Shown here: positions 10,546 through 20,776 of the stretch, one piece after another | How positions within the stretch are numbered: position 1 is the first letter of the stretch | Layout of the letters: every line of letters starts with the position of its first letter | Assembly: GCA_046292385.1 (NCBI GenBank) | Contig: JBKBRF010000001.1 | Location: forward strand, 159,305-223,304 | Direction: 5' to 3' | DNA from: Armatimonadota bacterium | GTDB lineage: Bacteria > Armatimonadota > SYMT01 | DNA: 64,000 nucleotides | The notes under the pieces: model-generated | What the model saw: the letters and a program-made list of their open reading frames with translations, nothing else | What the model was told of the DNA's origin: nothing | The model's database searches: none | Made by a program: the position numbers and the translations under genes

Positions 10546-11046
10546 ATGATTGGACGGTTCACTCGCGGTTTACGGCCGCGTTCTATCGATCTGTTGCTCT
10601 ACTCGGGGGAGAAGCGGCCACATCCGGTAGCGCCTCCGCAGGGTTTGCTTATCGCAAAGTACACTTTCGAGCTTCCAAGCGGTGATATGACTATCGATCG
10701 ACGCCTTAGCCCTAGAAGAACCTGTTACGTTGCCTCGTGTAATGGAAGTAGGGTGCACGAAAGTTGGATTAGATACGATGTTCAACTGCCACAGCAGTTT
10801 GGATATGGCTGTCTTCCAGTAATCGGCGATTGCGTAACACGTGCCGAATTCCGCGGGAAACGGATTTTCCCCACAGTCCTTCAGCATATTCTTAACGACA
10901 TGGACAGCCCCGAGGCTTACATCTTGGTGTCGCCTGATAATGTCTCGTCGGTTAGGGGCATCGAGCGTGCGGGCTTCCAGTTCGTGGAGCGACTTCGTGG
11001 TATTAGAGTAGGACCATTGCTTTGGAAGCGGCGCGCGAAGCTATAG
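10546..11046 (+). CDS. GNAT family N-acetyltransferase
   Basis: DCVTRAEFRGKRIF acetyl-CoA motif A, DNVSSVRGIERAGF motif B; start ATG 10546 after upstream stop. Confidence 0.75.
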   Translation: MIGRFTRGLRPRSIDLLLYSGEKRPHPVAPPQGLLIAKYTFELPSGDMTIDRRLSPRRTCYVASCNGSRVHESWIRYDVQLPQQFGYGCLPVIGDCVTRAEFRGKRIFPTVLQHILNDMDSPEAYILVSPDNVSSVRGIERAGFQFVERLRGIRVGPLLWKRRAKL

Positions 11047-11056
11047 AGGGGATCGG

Positions 11057-12895
11057 ATGATCGAATTGAGTCCGCCGCACCTTCGAACTGACGAAGGTGA
11101 ATACAATGTGGCTGCCCAAGCCTGGAAAGCCGTAGCTGATTCCGCATGGACATTCGACACTCCGTGTATTCAGTTTCACGCCACTCTCCGCGGTCCGGAG
11201 ATTCTATTACGAGCCAGTGTCACTGCCAGTGCTCGGCTCGAGTGGTGTGCGGTCGAGTTCTGTCTCCCCTGCCCTGCTCGGCCATATATGGTGGATCGGT
11301 ATTTACGAAGTACTTCCATAACAGCGAGATCCTACTTGCCAAGTGGATCACGCTTGTTGGTGCGATGGAATGATGGTGATGCGACTGCAGAACTTCGCTC
11401 GGTTGCTGGGTACGGGGCCTTCTGTGTCAGCTGGGGCAATGGAGTACTGCGCGTAGTGGTGCCGCTGGATGCAGCCGCCTTTCATCCGTCATGGAATCTG
11501 TTGGAAGGCACCGCTTCTACCGCGTCGCCAGTGCGAAGACCAGGTGAGGAATTCCGAGCGATACTGCACCTTAAGAGAGGGGTGCCGGCGATGGCAATCC
11601 CCGGCCGATTTCCTGAAGGACGCGACGCAGCGATCGTGATTACTGACCACTGCGATTTTGACACTGTGGAAAGTACTAGAAAGTTCCTTGATGAGTGGCT
11701 AGACCGCGGTCTTCGCATCACGAAAGGTGCTTTTGCTCGACTGCAACCTCCCACCGGACGGGCCGCTGCCGCGACCTTGCAAAACGTAGAGTACAGCCAG
11801 ATATTGCGGAAGCTTCATGAGGACGGTAGTGAAATCGCACCTCATGGTCTAGCAGAAAGCGGCCAAATCGCTGAAGAAGACTATCTAATAACTCTCCAGG
11901 AATTCGTGAGCCAATGGAAGCCCGAGACCTGGATTGATCATGGACGCTCGCTGAATTATTGTCTAAGCATGGGTGGGGATAGTGAGCCGTACAGGCTTTC
12001 GGACACGCTGCGACGGAATGGATTCATCGCGCTGTGGTCCTATCACGACATACCATTTCTTCCGATTAGCTCACTGAATATGCTCTCGCCAGATCGCGCG
12101 CGGTTTTTACCGACAACCCGCTTGGTTCTTCGGGAGTTCGTCCGCGGTCGTCCCTTGATAGCGGCTCATCACGTTCGAACCGCCATGCGTGCCGCAGACG
12201 ATGTGTTTGCTTATAAGTTCCTCGCCTGGCTGATGTCATTGGTCCGCCAGATAGTCTTCAATGGGAGGTCTAGCCGCAAGTCTCTGAAGGGAATTATAGA
12301 ATTGATGCAGCGCAGGACGCATGCCGGTGAGCAGCGCTCACCGCACACGCGATTTGAACTGCAGCAGTATGCACCCACCGTCTATTCAAAGTCTTGTCAC
12401 CCTCTCCCCGCAGGGGACCTCCTGCTGTTTGCTACACAGGAAGTAAATCATCTGGCGGATGTTTACACGCCTAGTGCTGTCCAGCGGTTGGTCAGTGAGC
12501 GGGGTCTGCACATTGGCCATTGCTATCTCACCTGTCCATTGCCCTATATTAATGGCCTCTGGCAGTCACCTGGCAGCATCTCCTCAGAGTGGCGCAGATT
12601 CCTGGACGCACTGCAGCGCGAGGTGAGTTCGGGACGTCTATGGAACCCTACTCTAGGTGAACTAGCTCGCTGGACAGAAGCAGCGTCTGCTGTGGAGGTC
12701 ATCGCGGACAGTAATGCGATTACATTGCGGAACACGTCGGGGTCGAGGGTAAAGGGATTTACGATTCTTGTTGAGTCCGGCAGAGAGATTCAAGGGGACT
12801 GGGTAACAGGGATGCGGGATTGGGAGGATTGGACTGCCGTGTGGGGAGATATCCCTCCAAAGGCAACGGTGTCGCTGCGACTGGTCGAAGCATGA
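11057..12895 (+). CDS. Hypothetical protein with polysaccharide-deacetylase-like (NodB-type barrel) central domain
   Basis: 612 aa; AIVITDHCDFD, EIAPHG, WIDHG, HCYL resemble CE4-like metal ligands. Confidence 0.5.
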   Translation: MIELSPPHLRTDEGEYNVAAQAWKAVADSAWTFDTPCIQFHATLRGPEILLRASVTASARLEWCAVEFCLPCPARPYMVDRYLRSTSITARSYLPSGSRLLVRWNDGDATAELRSVAGYGAFCVSWGNGVLRVVVPLDAAAFHPSWNLLEGTASTASPVRRPGEEFRAILHLKRGVPAMAIPGRFPEGRDAAIVITDHCDFDTVESTRKFLDEWLDRGLRITKGAFARLQPPTGRAAAATLQNVEYSQILRKLHEDGSEIAPHGLAESGQIAEEDYLITLQEFVSQWKPETWIDHGRSLNYCLSMGGDSEPYRLSDTLRRNGFIALWSYHDIPFLPISSLNMLSPDRARFLPTTRLVLREFVRGRPLIAAHHVRTAMRAADDVFAYKFLAWLMSLVRQIVFNGRSSRKSLKGIIELMQRRTHAGEQRSPHTRFELQQYAPTVYSKSCHPLPAGDLLLFATQEVNHLADVYTPSAVQRLVSERGLHIGHCYLTCPLPYINGLWQSPGSISSEWRRFLDALQREVSSGRLWNPTLGELARWTEAASAVEVIADSNAITLRNTSGSRVKGFTILVESGREIQGDWVTGMRDWEDWTAVWGDIPPKATVSLRLVEA

Positions 12896-12926
12896 GCTGC
12901 GATGGTTCTAGAGGCTGGTAAGCAGG

Positions 12927-13165
12927 GCTTTCCTGACCTGGAATTGAGAGCCGGCGAAGATCTTCATGGGTGACGTCGCCAGCGGTAGGCTGGGATATAC
13001 CTTTGCACTGGTGACTCTCTCCGCGGGGGCATCAGCCTGCTGCTCGGACTGGTGGTCTGGGCGAGCTGGAGCGGCCCTCCATGATGGCTACCATCCCTGC
13101 TAGTGACGGCCCTTCTGCTGCTGGGCGTCTGGGCTTGCTGTCAGTCGCTCGCGCCCAAAGCCTAG
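12927..13165 (+). pseudogene. Decayed 3' remnant of a WecA/MraY-like gene (paralogue of 15179-16192)
   Basis: AFLTWN*EPAKIFMGDVASGRLGYTFA vs intact GFLFWNWQPARIFMGDVASGMLGYTFA; ends VWACCQSLAPKA* vs IWAWCQSLAPKTP*; in-frame TGA and ~190-nt internal deletion. Confidence 0.85.
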
Positions 13166-13219
13166 GCCCGAGGTAGGTTCGGCCGCTCTGGCGCCGCGCC
13201 GTTAACGGGAAACGCACCG

Positions 13220-14326
13220 ATGGATCTGATCTGCGTCGTGGGCGCTCGCCCTAACTTCATGAAGGTAGCGGCGATCCTCGCGGCTGCCGGCTCCCGTCCC
13301 GAGCTCCGGTGCCGCCTGGTGCATACGGGCCAACACTATGACCGCCGGATGTCGACGCTCTTCTTCGAAGAGCTTGGGCTGCCCGAGCCAGATCACTACC
13401 TAGGGGTGGGATCCGGTAACCACGCGCAGCAGACCGCAGAGGTGATGCTGCGTTTCGATGCGGTATTGGAACGACAGCCCGCTGACGCGGTGCTGGTGGT
13501 CGGGGACGTCAACTCGACCATCGCCTGCGCGCTAGTAGCCGTCAAGCGCGGAGTGCCGGTGATTCACGTGGAAGCGGGACTCCGCAGCGGCGACCGCACG
13601 ATGCCGGAAGAGGTAAATCGCGTCCTTACCGACCAGATCTCCGATCTGCTTTACACCACCGAGCGGGAAGCGGAGGTCAACCTGCGGGGCGAGGGAATAC
13701 CCGCAGAACGGGTGCGCTTTGTGGGAAACGTAATGATTGACACCCTCTTCACGCATCTGGAGACGGCGCGGAAGAGCGACATCACCCAGCAAATTGGGCT
13801 GACCCCGGGCGAATATGCACTCTGCACCTTGCACCGGCCCTCCAACGTTGATACCGAGTCCGGCACCCACAACCTGCTCCAGGCGATTGAAGTCCTGGCC
13901 AGGTGCCTGCCGGTGGCGCTACCCCTGCATCCGCGCACGCGCGCTAAGCTGCAGGAGTTTCAACTCTTGCGCCGCCTTTCCGAGAACCCGGCGGTTCGCC
14001 CCATGGAACCGCTTGGTTACTTGGAGTTCTTGGCGCTAATGGATCAGGCCCGCGTGGTGTTGACCGACTCTGGCGGTATCCAGGAAGAGACCACGGCGCT
14101 AGGTGTGCCCTGCCTGACCTTCCGAGAGAACACTGAGCGGCCAGTCACAATCAGCCACGGAACGAACCGGCTGGTAGGTTGCAGCGTCACAGAGCTTGAG
14201 CGAGCACTGGATGAAGTCCTCTCACAGCCCGCTCGCATCGACCGCAGGCCGGAACTGTGGGATGGTCAGGCCGCTCCCCGTATCGTCGTGGATCTGCTGG
14301 CTTGGTGGTCAGCCCGCACTTCGTGA
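13220..14326 (+). CDS. wecB: UDP-N-acetylglucosamine 2-epimerase (non-hydrolysing)
   Basis: GARPNFMK, HTGQHYD, HVEAGLRS, MPEEVNR, TDSGGIQEE. Confidence 0.95.
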   Translation: MDLICVVGARPNFMKVAAILAAAGSRPELRCRLVHTGQHYDRRMSTLFFEELGLPEPDHYLGVGSGNHAQQTAEVMLRFDAVLERQPADAVLVVGDVNSTIACALVAVKRGVPVIHVEAGLRSGDRTMPEEVNRVLTDQISDLLYTTEREAEVNLRGEGIPAERVRFVGNVMIDTLFTHLETARKSDITQQIGLTPGEYALCTLHRPSNVDTESGTHNLLQAIEVLARCLPVALPLHPRTRAKLQEFQLLRRLSENPAVRPMEPLGYLEFLALMDQARVVLTDSGGIQEETTALGVPCLTFRENTERPVTISHGTNRLVGCSVTELERALDEVLSQPARIDRRPELWDGQAAPRIVVDLLAWWSARTS

Positions 14327-14512
14327 AACGAATCAACACATCAGCTGTCCGCAGTAGGCGACCGGGCTGCCACAAGAGTTAGTCTCGAATTGTGTGGATG
14401 ACGTAGAAGCCCAAGCGGCGTATCCTCCCTTGAGTAGCGACCAACTACGACAAGAAGCAATGGCCCCCCGCGTTCCCGGAGCAAGCGAGCATAGAGTTTG
14501 TCCCAACCCTGG

Positions 14513-15148
14513 ATGCTCGAGGCCTGCCGGTGCGCGGGGGTGCGGCGCGGGGTGTTCGTGAGCACGACTTCCCTCTTCACGCGCCTGAGCTCCAGGACCA
14601 AGCCGATCCGGGTGGCGGCGGAAGAAGCAATTCGGGCGAGCGGACTGGAGTGGACGATCCTGCGGCCGACGATGATCTATGGCACGGAGCGAGACCGGAA
14701 CATGTGCCGCCTGGTGCGGCACCTGGCCCGCTGGCCGGTGATGTTCGTGGCCGGGAGCGGATCCAGTCTCCAGCAGCCGGTCCACGTTGAAGACCTGGCG
14801 CGGTCGATCGTCGCCTCCGTGTTTCTCCGGGAGGCGATCGGCAGGGAGTACAATCTCTCCGGGAAGCGTCCCCTGACGTTTAACGAGGTCATCGACACCA
14901 CGGCCCGGGCTCTCGGGCGACGGGTGCCGAGACTGCACGTGCCGCTGCGTCCGGTTGCGCGGGTGCTGGCGCTGCAGGAGAAGCTCACCTCTCGCCCGTT
15001 TCTCCGGGCGGAGCAGGTGCTGCGACTGGAAGAAGACAAGGCGTTTCCGCACGAGGCGGCCGCCTCCGATCTCGACTTCGCTCCGCGTGACTTCGAAGAA
15101 GGGATCCGGGGCGAGGTGGAGCGGATGCGCTCTCTCAAGCTGGTTTGA
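14513..15148 (+). pseudogene. 5'-truncated paralogue of the 8258-9133 epimerase
   Basis: Closely matches 8258-9133 from EACR onward (WTILRPTMIYG.ERDRNMCRLV, AEQVLRLEEDK.FPHE) but lacks the N-terminal ~80 aa including the GxxGxxG motif. Confidence 0.75.
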
Positions 15149-15178
15149 GGCTCGGAACAGCTCGGCCGGACTCCGTTC

Positions 15179-16192
15179 ATGACCAGCCAGATCCTCCTTT
15201 TAGCGGCGGCGCTTGCCCTCTCCACGGTCGCCACCGGGCTCGTCCGGGTGCTGGCGCTCCGCTGGGGCGTGCTCGACATTCCGAACGCCCGCAGCTCCCA
15301 CACCCGGATCACCCCGCGGGGCGGTGGTCTGGCGATTGTTTTCGTCTATCTCGCCTCCGTGCTGGTGCTCGCGAGCTGGGGCACGATCCCCGGGAATTAC
15401 GCGCTCGCGCTGCTCGGCGGGCTTGCCATCGCGGTGGTCGGCTGGATTGACGACCGACGGGGGCTTTCGCCCGCCAAGCGGGCGGCGGTCCACGCATCCG
15501 CCGCGGCCTGGGCGGTCTTCTGGGCCGGCGGCCTCCCGGAGGCTCGGCTGGGCGCCCTGGTGTTGCCGCTGGGCGCGCTCGGGGCAGTGCTGGCGGTCGT
15601 GGGCATCGTCTGGACGATCAACCTCTACAACTTCATGGATGGGATCGACGGGCTGGCAGGGCTCCAGGCGGTGGTAGTGGCGGGAGCCGGGGGCCTGCTT
15701 CTTAGCGCCGCGGGGCTGGGCGGGCTGGCGATGAGCGCGTGGCTTCTCGGGGCAGCGAGCCTCGGCTTTCTTTTCTGGAATTGGCAGCCAGCCCGGATCT
15801 TCATGGGCGACGTCGCGAGCGGCATGCTCGGCTACACCTTCGCGGTCATTGCGCTCTTTAGCGAAAACGCCGGCGGCGTGCCTCTCGTCGGCTGGGCTAT
15901 CCTGCTGGGCGTGTTCATTACCGACGCCACCGCGACGCTGATCCGGCGCCTGCTGCAGAGGAAGAAGTGGTACGAGGCGCACCGGGAGCACGCGTTCCAG
16001 AGGGCAGTGCAGCACGGCTTTTCACACGCGAGGGTGACCCTCGCCGTAGCGGCGATCAACGGGCTCCTCGCCGCGGCCGTGTGGCAGGCTTTGCGGCAGC
16101 CGACCGCGCTGCTGCCGGCGCTGTGCGTCTCTGCGGTCGCGCTCACCCTGATCTGGGCGTGGTGCCAGTCGCTTGCGCCCAAGACACCCTGA
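15179..16192 (+). CDS. WecA/MraY-family undecaprenyl-phosphate sugar-1-phosphate transferase (WbpL/WbcO-like)
   Basis: RSSH..TPRGGG, GWIDD, NLYNFMDGIDG, IFMGD, AHREH. Confidence 0.9.
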   Translation: MTSQILLLAAALALSTVATGLVRVLALRWGVLDIPNARSSHTRITPRGGGLAIVFVYLASVLVLASWGTIPGNYALALLGGLAIAVVGWIDDRRGLSPAKRAAVHASAAAWAVFWAGGLPEARLGALVLPLGALGAVLAVVGIVWTINLYNFMDGIDGLAGLQAVVVAGAGGLLLSAAGLGGLAMSAWLLGAASLGFLFWNWQPARIFMGDVASGMLGYTFAVIALFSENAGGVPLVGWAILLGVFITDATATLIRRLLQRKKWYEAHREHAFQRAVQHGFSHARVTLAVAAINGLLAAAVWQALRQPTALLPALCVSAVALTLIWAWCQSLAPKTP

Positions 16193-16659
16193 GGGTGTGT
16201 CCGGCTATTCCTGATCCGTGGGAGAGCGAGCAAGGGAGAGTGGGGGAGTGGAGAGTCGCCCTCGTCAGCAGCTTCTCAAGCGCGCTCTCTGGCCGACTCT
16301 CTCCGGGCAAATCCACCCCTCCATCCCGGCCTGACGGCGTGGCGGTTGGGCGTGGAGTGGGTCCTCTACGGATGGAGGCAAGGTCTCATGTACGAAACTG
16401 GACTTGCTATTCAGCGTCATTAGCCGTATGACATCTTTTGGGACGTGGATGTGGGCGGAAGTCCGTCCGCCCACGGAGCCCCTGCCTGCTCGTGCTCCCT
16501 TACCAGCAGCTGACGAGTCACCAGTTTTTGCCCCGAGATCGGGATCGCTGTGCTGACCAGCGCCGGCGCCAACCGGGACAAGCGCACCGCTTGAGCTTGC
16601 CGCCATCGTTGCAGGGGATAGCCGCTCGCCGGGCTGGCGCTACAGCATTGAGAGACGTT

Positions 16660-18708
16660 ATGTCACGTGTCAATCGGCTAAAAGGCCGACTGCTCCAGAT
16701 ACTGCTCACGCCGCTGCGGCCGCTCCTGAGCCAGCTCCCCCTCCTGCGGAATCGCCACTACCTGCTGTTCGACGCGATAGTGCTCTGTCTCACGCCGCTT
16801 ATCGCCTTGCTCCTGCGGGTGGAGACTTTGGCTAACGCGGAGCGGTACGAGCAGGCGCTGCTGACCTACACCATCGTCGGGTTAGTGGTGCGCGTGCCGA
16901 TGCTCTACGCCTTCGGGCTGTACCGGCGCTTCTGGCGCTTCGCTACCGTGGACGAGCTGGCGTACAGCACGCTGGCGGTAACGACGGCGACGGTGGTGAT
17001 GTCGGCCGTGTTCGTCTGGTGCCGCGGGTTCGGGGCCCTGGACGCGCCTCCACTGCCACGCTCGGTGCCGCTCATCGAGGCGATGCTCGTCCTCGGTCTG
17101 ATCGGCAGCACCCGCTTCAGCGCGCGCATCGCTCACCGGCTCTTGCGCCAGCCGGACCAGGATGCCAAGCTGGCCCTGGTGGTCGGCGCCGGCAACACGG
17201 GGCAGATGATCGTGCGAGAGCTGCAGATGAACCCGGCAGCCGGGATGTATGCCGTCGGCTACGTGGATGACGATCCGGCAAAGCGGGGCGTGAAGATCCT
17301 GAACGTGCCGGTCCTGGGCACCTGCGAGGACCTACCGCAGCTGCTGCGCGAGCACAAGATCGAGCAGGTCATCATCGCGATGCCTACCGCCACCGGCCTC
17401 GCCATCCGCGAGACGACGGCGCGCTGCCAGGCCGCGGGGGTGCCGACGAAGATCGTCCCCGGCATGTCGGAGATCCTGGACGGCTCGATCAGCGTGGAGC
17501 AGCTCCGCAACGTCCAGATCGAGGACCTCCTGCGCCGGGAGCCGGTGCAGACCGACATCCAGGCGGTGCGGGACTTGATCCGCGGAAAGCGGGTCCTGGT
17601 CACCGGCGGCGGCGGCTCGATCGGCAGCGAGCTCTGCCGGCAGGTGCTCCGCTGCGCGCCGAGCGAGCTCGTGATCGTCGGTCACGGGGAGAACTCGGTC
17701 TTCGAGATTCAGAACGAGCTGCTGCGGTACGTGCAGCAGACCTTCCCGGACGACCGCGGGCATACCCCGGCTCCGATGATCCACGCTACGATCGCCGATA
17801 TCCGCTTTCCCGCGCGGATCCGGATGACGATCTCCCGTTTCCGGCCGGACATCATCTTCCATGCCGCCGCGCACAAGCACGTGCCGCTGATGGAGGCGCA
17901 CCCCGCGGAGGCGGTTTCCAACAACGTGCTCGGCACGAAGCACCTGCTCGACGCGGCGCTGGAGTTCGGGGTCGAGAACTTCGTGATGATCTCGACCGAC
18001 AAGGCGGTCAACCCGACGAGCGTGATGGGTGCCACCAAGCGCGCCGCGGAGCTGTTCGTACTCGATGCCGCGCGGCGCTCCGGCAAGCCGTATGTGGCGG
18101 TCCGGTTCGGCAACGTGCTCGGCAGCCGCGGCAGCGTCATCCACACCTTCAAGCGGCAGATCGCCGCGGGCGGTCCGGTCACCGTCAGCCATCCCGAGAT
18201 GCGCCGGTTCTTCATGACGATCCCGGAAGCGGTGCAACTCGTGCTGCAGGCCTCCGTGCTCGGTACGGGCGGGGAGATCTTCCTGCTCGACATGGGAGAG
18301 CCGGTCAAGATCAGCGACCTGGCGCAGGACCTGATCCGACTCTCCGGGCTGGAGGTCGGCCGGGATATCGAGGTCGTCTACAGCGGCATCCGCCCGGGAG
18401 AGAAGCTCTACGAGGAGCTGTTCGTGCCCGGTGAGACCTACCGGCCGACCTGCCACGAGAAGATCCTGATCGCGACGAACTCCAGCTCCTTCGTCCCCAA
18501 GGCGCTCCCCGCTACCCTGGATAGCCTCCGCGCCGCCGTCTCCGCCAACGACGACGTCGCAGTCATCGAGTGTCTGCAGGATCTGATTCCGGAGTACCGC
18601 GAGTACCGTGCGGAAGCGAGGCTGACCTCCCCCGCCGACGGTGATCTACTGAAGCCACAGCTCCCCGATCTGGCGTTCGCATCCGGGAAAGTAGGCTCTG
18701 CACAGTGA
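16660..18708 (+). CDS. Nucleoside-diphosphate sugar 4,6-dehydratase, CapD/PglF/WbpM family
   Basis: N-terminal TMs, EDLLRR, TGGGGSIGSE, HAAAHKHVP, ISTDKAVNP, RFGNVLGSRGS, RPGEKLYEEL. Confidence 0.95.
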   Translation: MSRVNRLKGRLLQILLTPLRPLLSQLPLLRNRHYLLFDAIVLCLTPLIALLLRVETLANAERYEQALLTYTIVGLVVRVPMLYAFGLYRRFWRFATVDELAYSTLAVTTATVVMSAVFVWCRGFGALDAPPLPRSVPLIEAMLVLGLIGSTRFSARIAHRLLRQPDQDAKLALVVGAGNTGQMIVRELQMNPAAGMYAVGYVDDDPAKRGVKILNVPVLGTCEDLPQLLREHKIEQVIIAMPTATGLAIRETTARCQAAGVPTKIVPGMSEILDGSISVEQLRNVQIEDLLRREPVQTDIQAVRDLIRGKRVLVTGGGGSIGSELCRQVLRCAPSELVIVGHGENSVFEIQNELLRYVQQTFPDDRGHTPAPMIHATIADIRFPARIRMTISRFRPDIIFHAAAHKHVPLMEAHPAEAVSNNVLGTKHLLDAALEFGVENFVMISTDKAVNPTSVMGATKRAAELFVLDAARRSGKPYVAVRFGNVLGSRGSVIHTFKRQIAAGGPVTVSHPEMRRFFMTIPEAVQLVLQASVLGTGGEIFLLDMGEPVKISDLAQDLIRLSGLEVGRDIEVVYSGIRPGEKLYEELFVPGETYRPTCHEKILIATNSSSFVPKALPATLDSLRAAVSANDDVAVIECLQDLIPEYREYRAEARLTSPADGDLLKPQLPDLAFASGKVGSAQ

Positions 18709-19262
18709 CGTAGACCTCCCCGATCATCCGAGCGAAGGTAAGAAGGTAAGACCAGAGTGTTCCTTCTGAGATACATCTCAAGGGGCAGACCTGCTGGTTG
18801 GGCCGTCGTTTCCCCGGCGGCGGCCGTGTTGAGAGATCCCCGTCCCGGCCCGTAAGAGTCACTCTCCGGACGCTTCTCCGCGAACGTCGGCCACCGAGTC
18901 GCCCCTCCCGCGCATCGGTGTTCCTGGAGTGCAAAGGCAATTCCCGGGCGGGCTCTGGAATCACCTGGCACTGCTACCGAATGTCGCTCCCTTCGCGTCA
19001 GGCGGCACCGATCCATCTCCCACCAGCACCGACGATGTCGGGGGCCTTCTTTCCCTCTGTGGGCGGTCGTGTTCCGGTGTCTAGCGGGTTTACGGTGCCT
19101 GTCGAGCGGGTGACGCTGAGCGAACGGTGACGCAGAGGTGCAGCGCTCTCCCGCGCGGGACGAGACTCGCCCCGGTGCTGTGGCCGTGTAGCAGATCCTC
19201 GACACCGCTTAGTTAGCCGAGAAACCCTACCGGCAGATTCAACGTGATAGAGGCATGGACCG

Positions 19263-20279
19263 ATGATTGGTGTAGGTCTGATTGGCTACGGATATTGGGG
19301 GCCAAACCTGGCCCGTAACTTTGCTCGCAGTCGTGACGCGAAGCTGGTCTGCGTTGCCGATGCCGATACGCGCCGACTTGAAGCGGCGAAGCGGGATTGG
19401 CCCGATGTGGAAGTTACGTCATCCGCAGACATCTTGATCGAACGTCCCGATATCGAGGCCGTGATCATTGCCACCCCCACCGCAACCCACTTCCCTCTTG
19501 CCCGACAGGCACTGCTTCACAATAAGCACGTGTGGATCGAGAAGCCGCTCTGCGACAACGTCCAGGATGCTGAGCGGCTGGTACAGGAAGCCGAGCGTCG
19601 AAACCGCATCCTCCTGGTTGACCATACTTTTGTCTATACCGAAGCTGTCCGCTGGATGCAGAACTATGTGCATAGTGGAGAGTTGGGGGAGCTTTACTAC
19701 ATCGATTCGATCCGCGCCAACCTGGGGCTGTTTCAACGAGATGTAAGTGTTCTCTGGGATCTTGCCCCCCATGACCTTTCGATCTTTGGGGCGGTGATCG
19801 GACGCTCTCCGGTCTCCGTCCGCGCGATAGGAGCGTGCCACGCGGGCAGTCGGATGCCCGATATAGCCTACCTCGATCTCGATTATGGAGACTCGATCTT
19901 GGCTCACCTCCATGTGAGCTGGTTGTCTCCGGTTAAGGTGCGACGAACGGTCATCGGCGGAAGTAAGCGGATGATGGTTTTCGATGACCTCGCGCCGGTC
20001 GAGAAGGTCAAAGTCTATGACAGCGGCGTATCGATCCAGTCCGGTGAATCGGGGCCGGAGAACGGGTATCGAATGCTCGTAGAGTATCGAGTTGGCGACA
20101 TGCTGTCACCAGCGCTGAAAAGCACCGAAGCTTTGGCCACCGAGGTTGCGCACTTCCTTCACTGCATCCGTAATGGGGAACAGCCGGCGACTGGCGGGCG
20201 AGCTGGCCTCGAGGTAGTTCGGATCCTGGCTGCCGCGCAGCAGAGCATGGAGAGCGACGGTGAGAGAGTAAGGATATGA
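19263..20279 (+). CDS. Gfo/Idh/MocA oxidoreductase (WbpB-like sugar 3-dehydrogenase)
   Basis: GYGYWGPN, EKP, DLAPHD. Confidence 0.9.
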   Translation: MIGVGLIGYGYWGPNLARNFARSRDAKLVCVADADTRRLEAAKRDWPDVEVTSSADILIERPDIEAVIIATPTATHFPLARQALLHNKHVWIEKPLCDNVQDAERLVQEAERRNRILLVDHTFVYTEAVRWMQNYVHSGELGELYYIDSIRANLGLFQRDVSVLWDLAPHDLSIFGAVIGRSPVSVRAIGACHAGSRMPDIAYLDLDYGDSILAHLHVSWLSPVKVRRTVIGGSKRMMVFDDLAPVEKVKVYDSGVSIQSGESGPENGYRMLVEYRVGDMLSPALKSTEALATEVAHFLHCIRNGEQPATGGRAGLEVVRILAAAQQSMESDGERVRI

Positions 20280-20776
20280 GTGAGCTTCCTACGTACAATC
20301 GCGTCGCGCCTGATGTCCGCCTCGGCGAAGAGGTGAAGCTTTTTGGATTCGTCAATCTTTACGGATGCACGATCGGTGCGCACTCCAAGATCGGTGCATT
20401 CGTAGAGATTCAGAAGAACGCCGTGATTGGTGAATACTGCAAGGTATCGAGTCACACCTTCATCTGTGAGGGTGTCACGGTAGAGGATCACGTCTTCATC
20501 GGCCACGGGGTCATGTTCACGAATGATCTTTATCCGCGTGCAAGCAGTGGTGATCGTCTGCTGACTGACGAGGATTGGCAGGTAGTCCCCACGCGAGTAT
20601 GCCGTGGTGCGTCGATCGGAAGCGGAGCGGTTATTCTCGCAGGTGTTACCATCGGCGAGCTCGCCATCATCGGCGCGGGTGCCGTCGTCACGCGCGACGT
20701 GCCCGCCAATTCCATCGTGGCGGGCGTACCCGCACGCGTGAAGCGTCTAGTGCAGGAAGGGGAGCCCGGTGAGTAA
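20276..20776 (+). CDS. Hexapeptide-repeat N-acetyltransferase (WbpD-like)
   Basis: Left-handed beta-helix repeats, FTNDLYPR, GAGAVVTRDVP..GVPAR. Confidence 0.9.
   Translation: MSELPTYNRVAPDVRLGEEVKLFGFVNLYGCTIGAHSKIGAFVEIQKNAVIGEYCKVSSHTFICEGVTVEDHVFIGHGVMFTNDLYPRASSGDRLLTDEDWQVVPTRVCRGASIGSGAVILAGVTIGELAIIGAGAVVTRDVPANSIVAGVPARVKRLVQEGEPGE

Noticed and set aside
18709..19262. Gene or structured RNA in the capD-Gfo spacer (also 30732-31325)
   Set aside because: No ORF with a credible RBS or motif, and only minor hairpins
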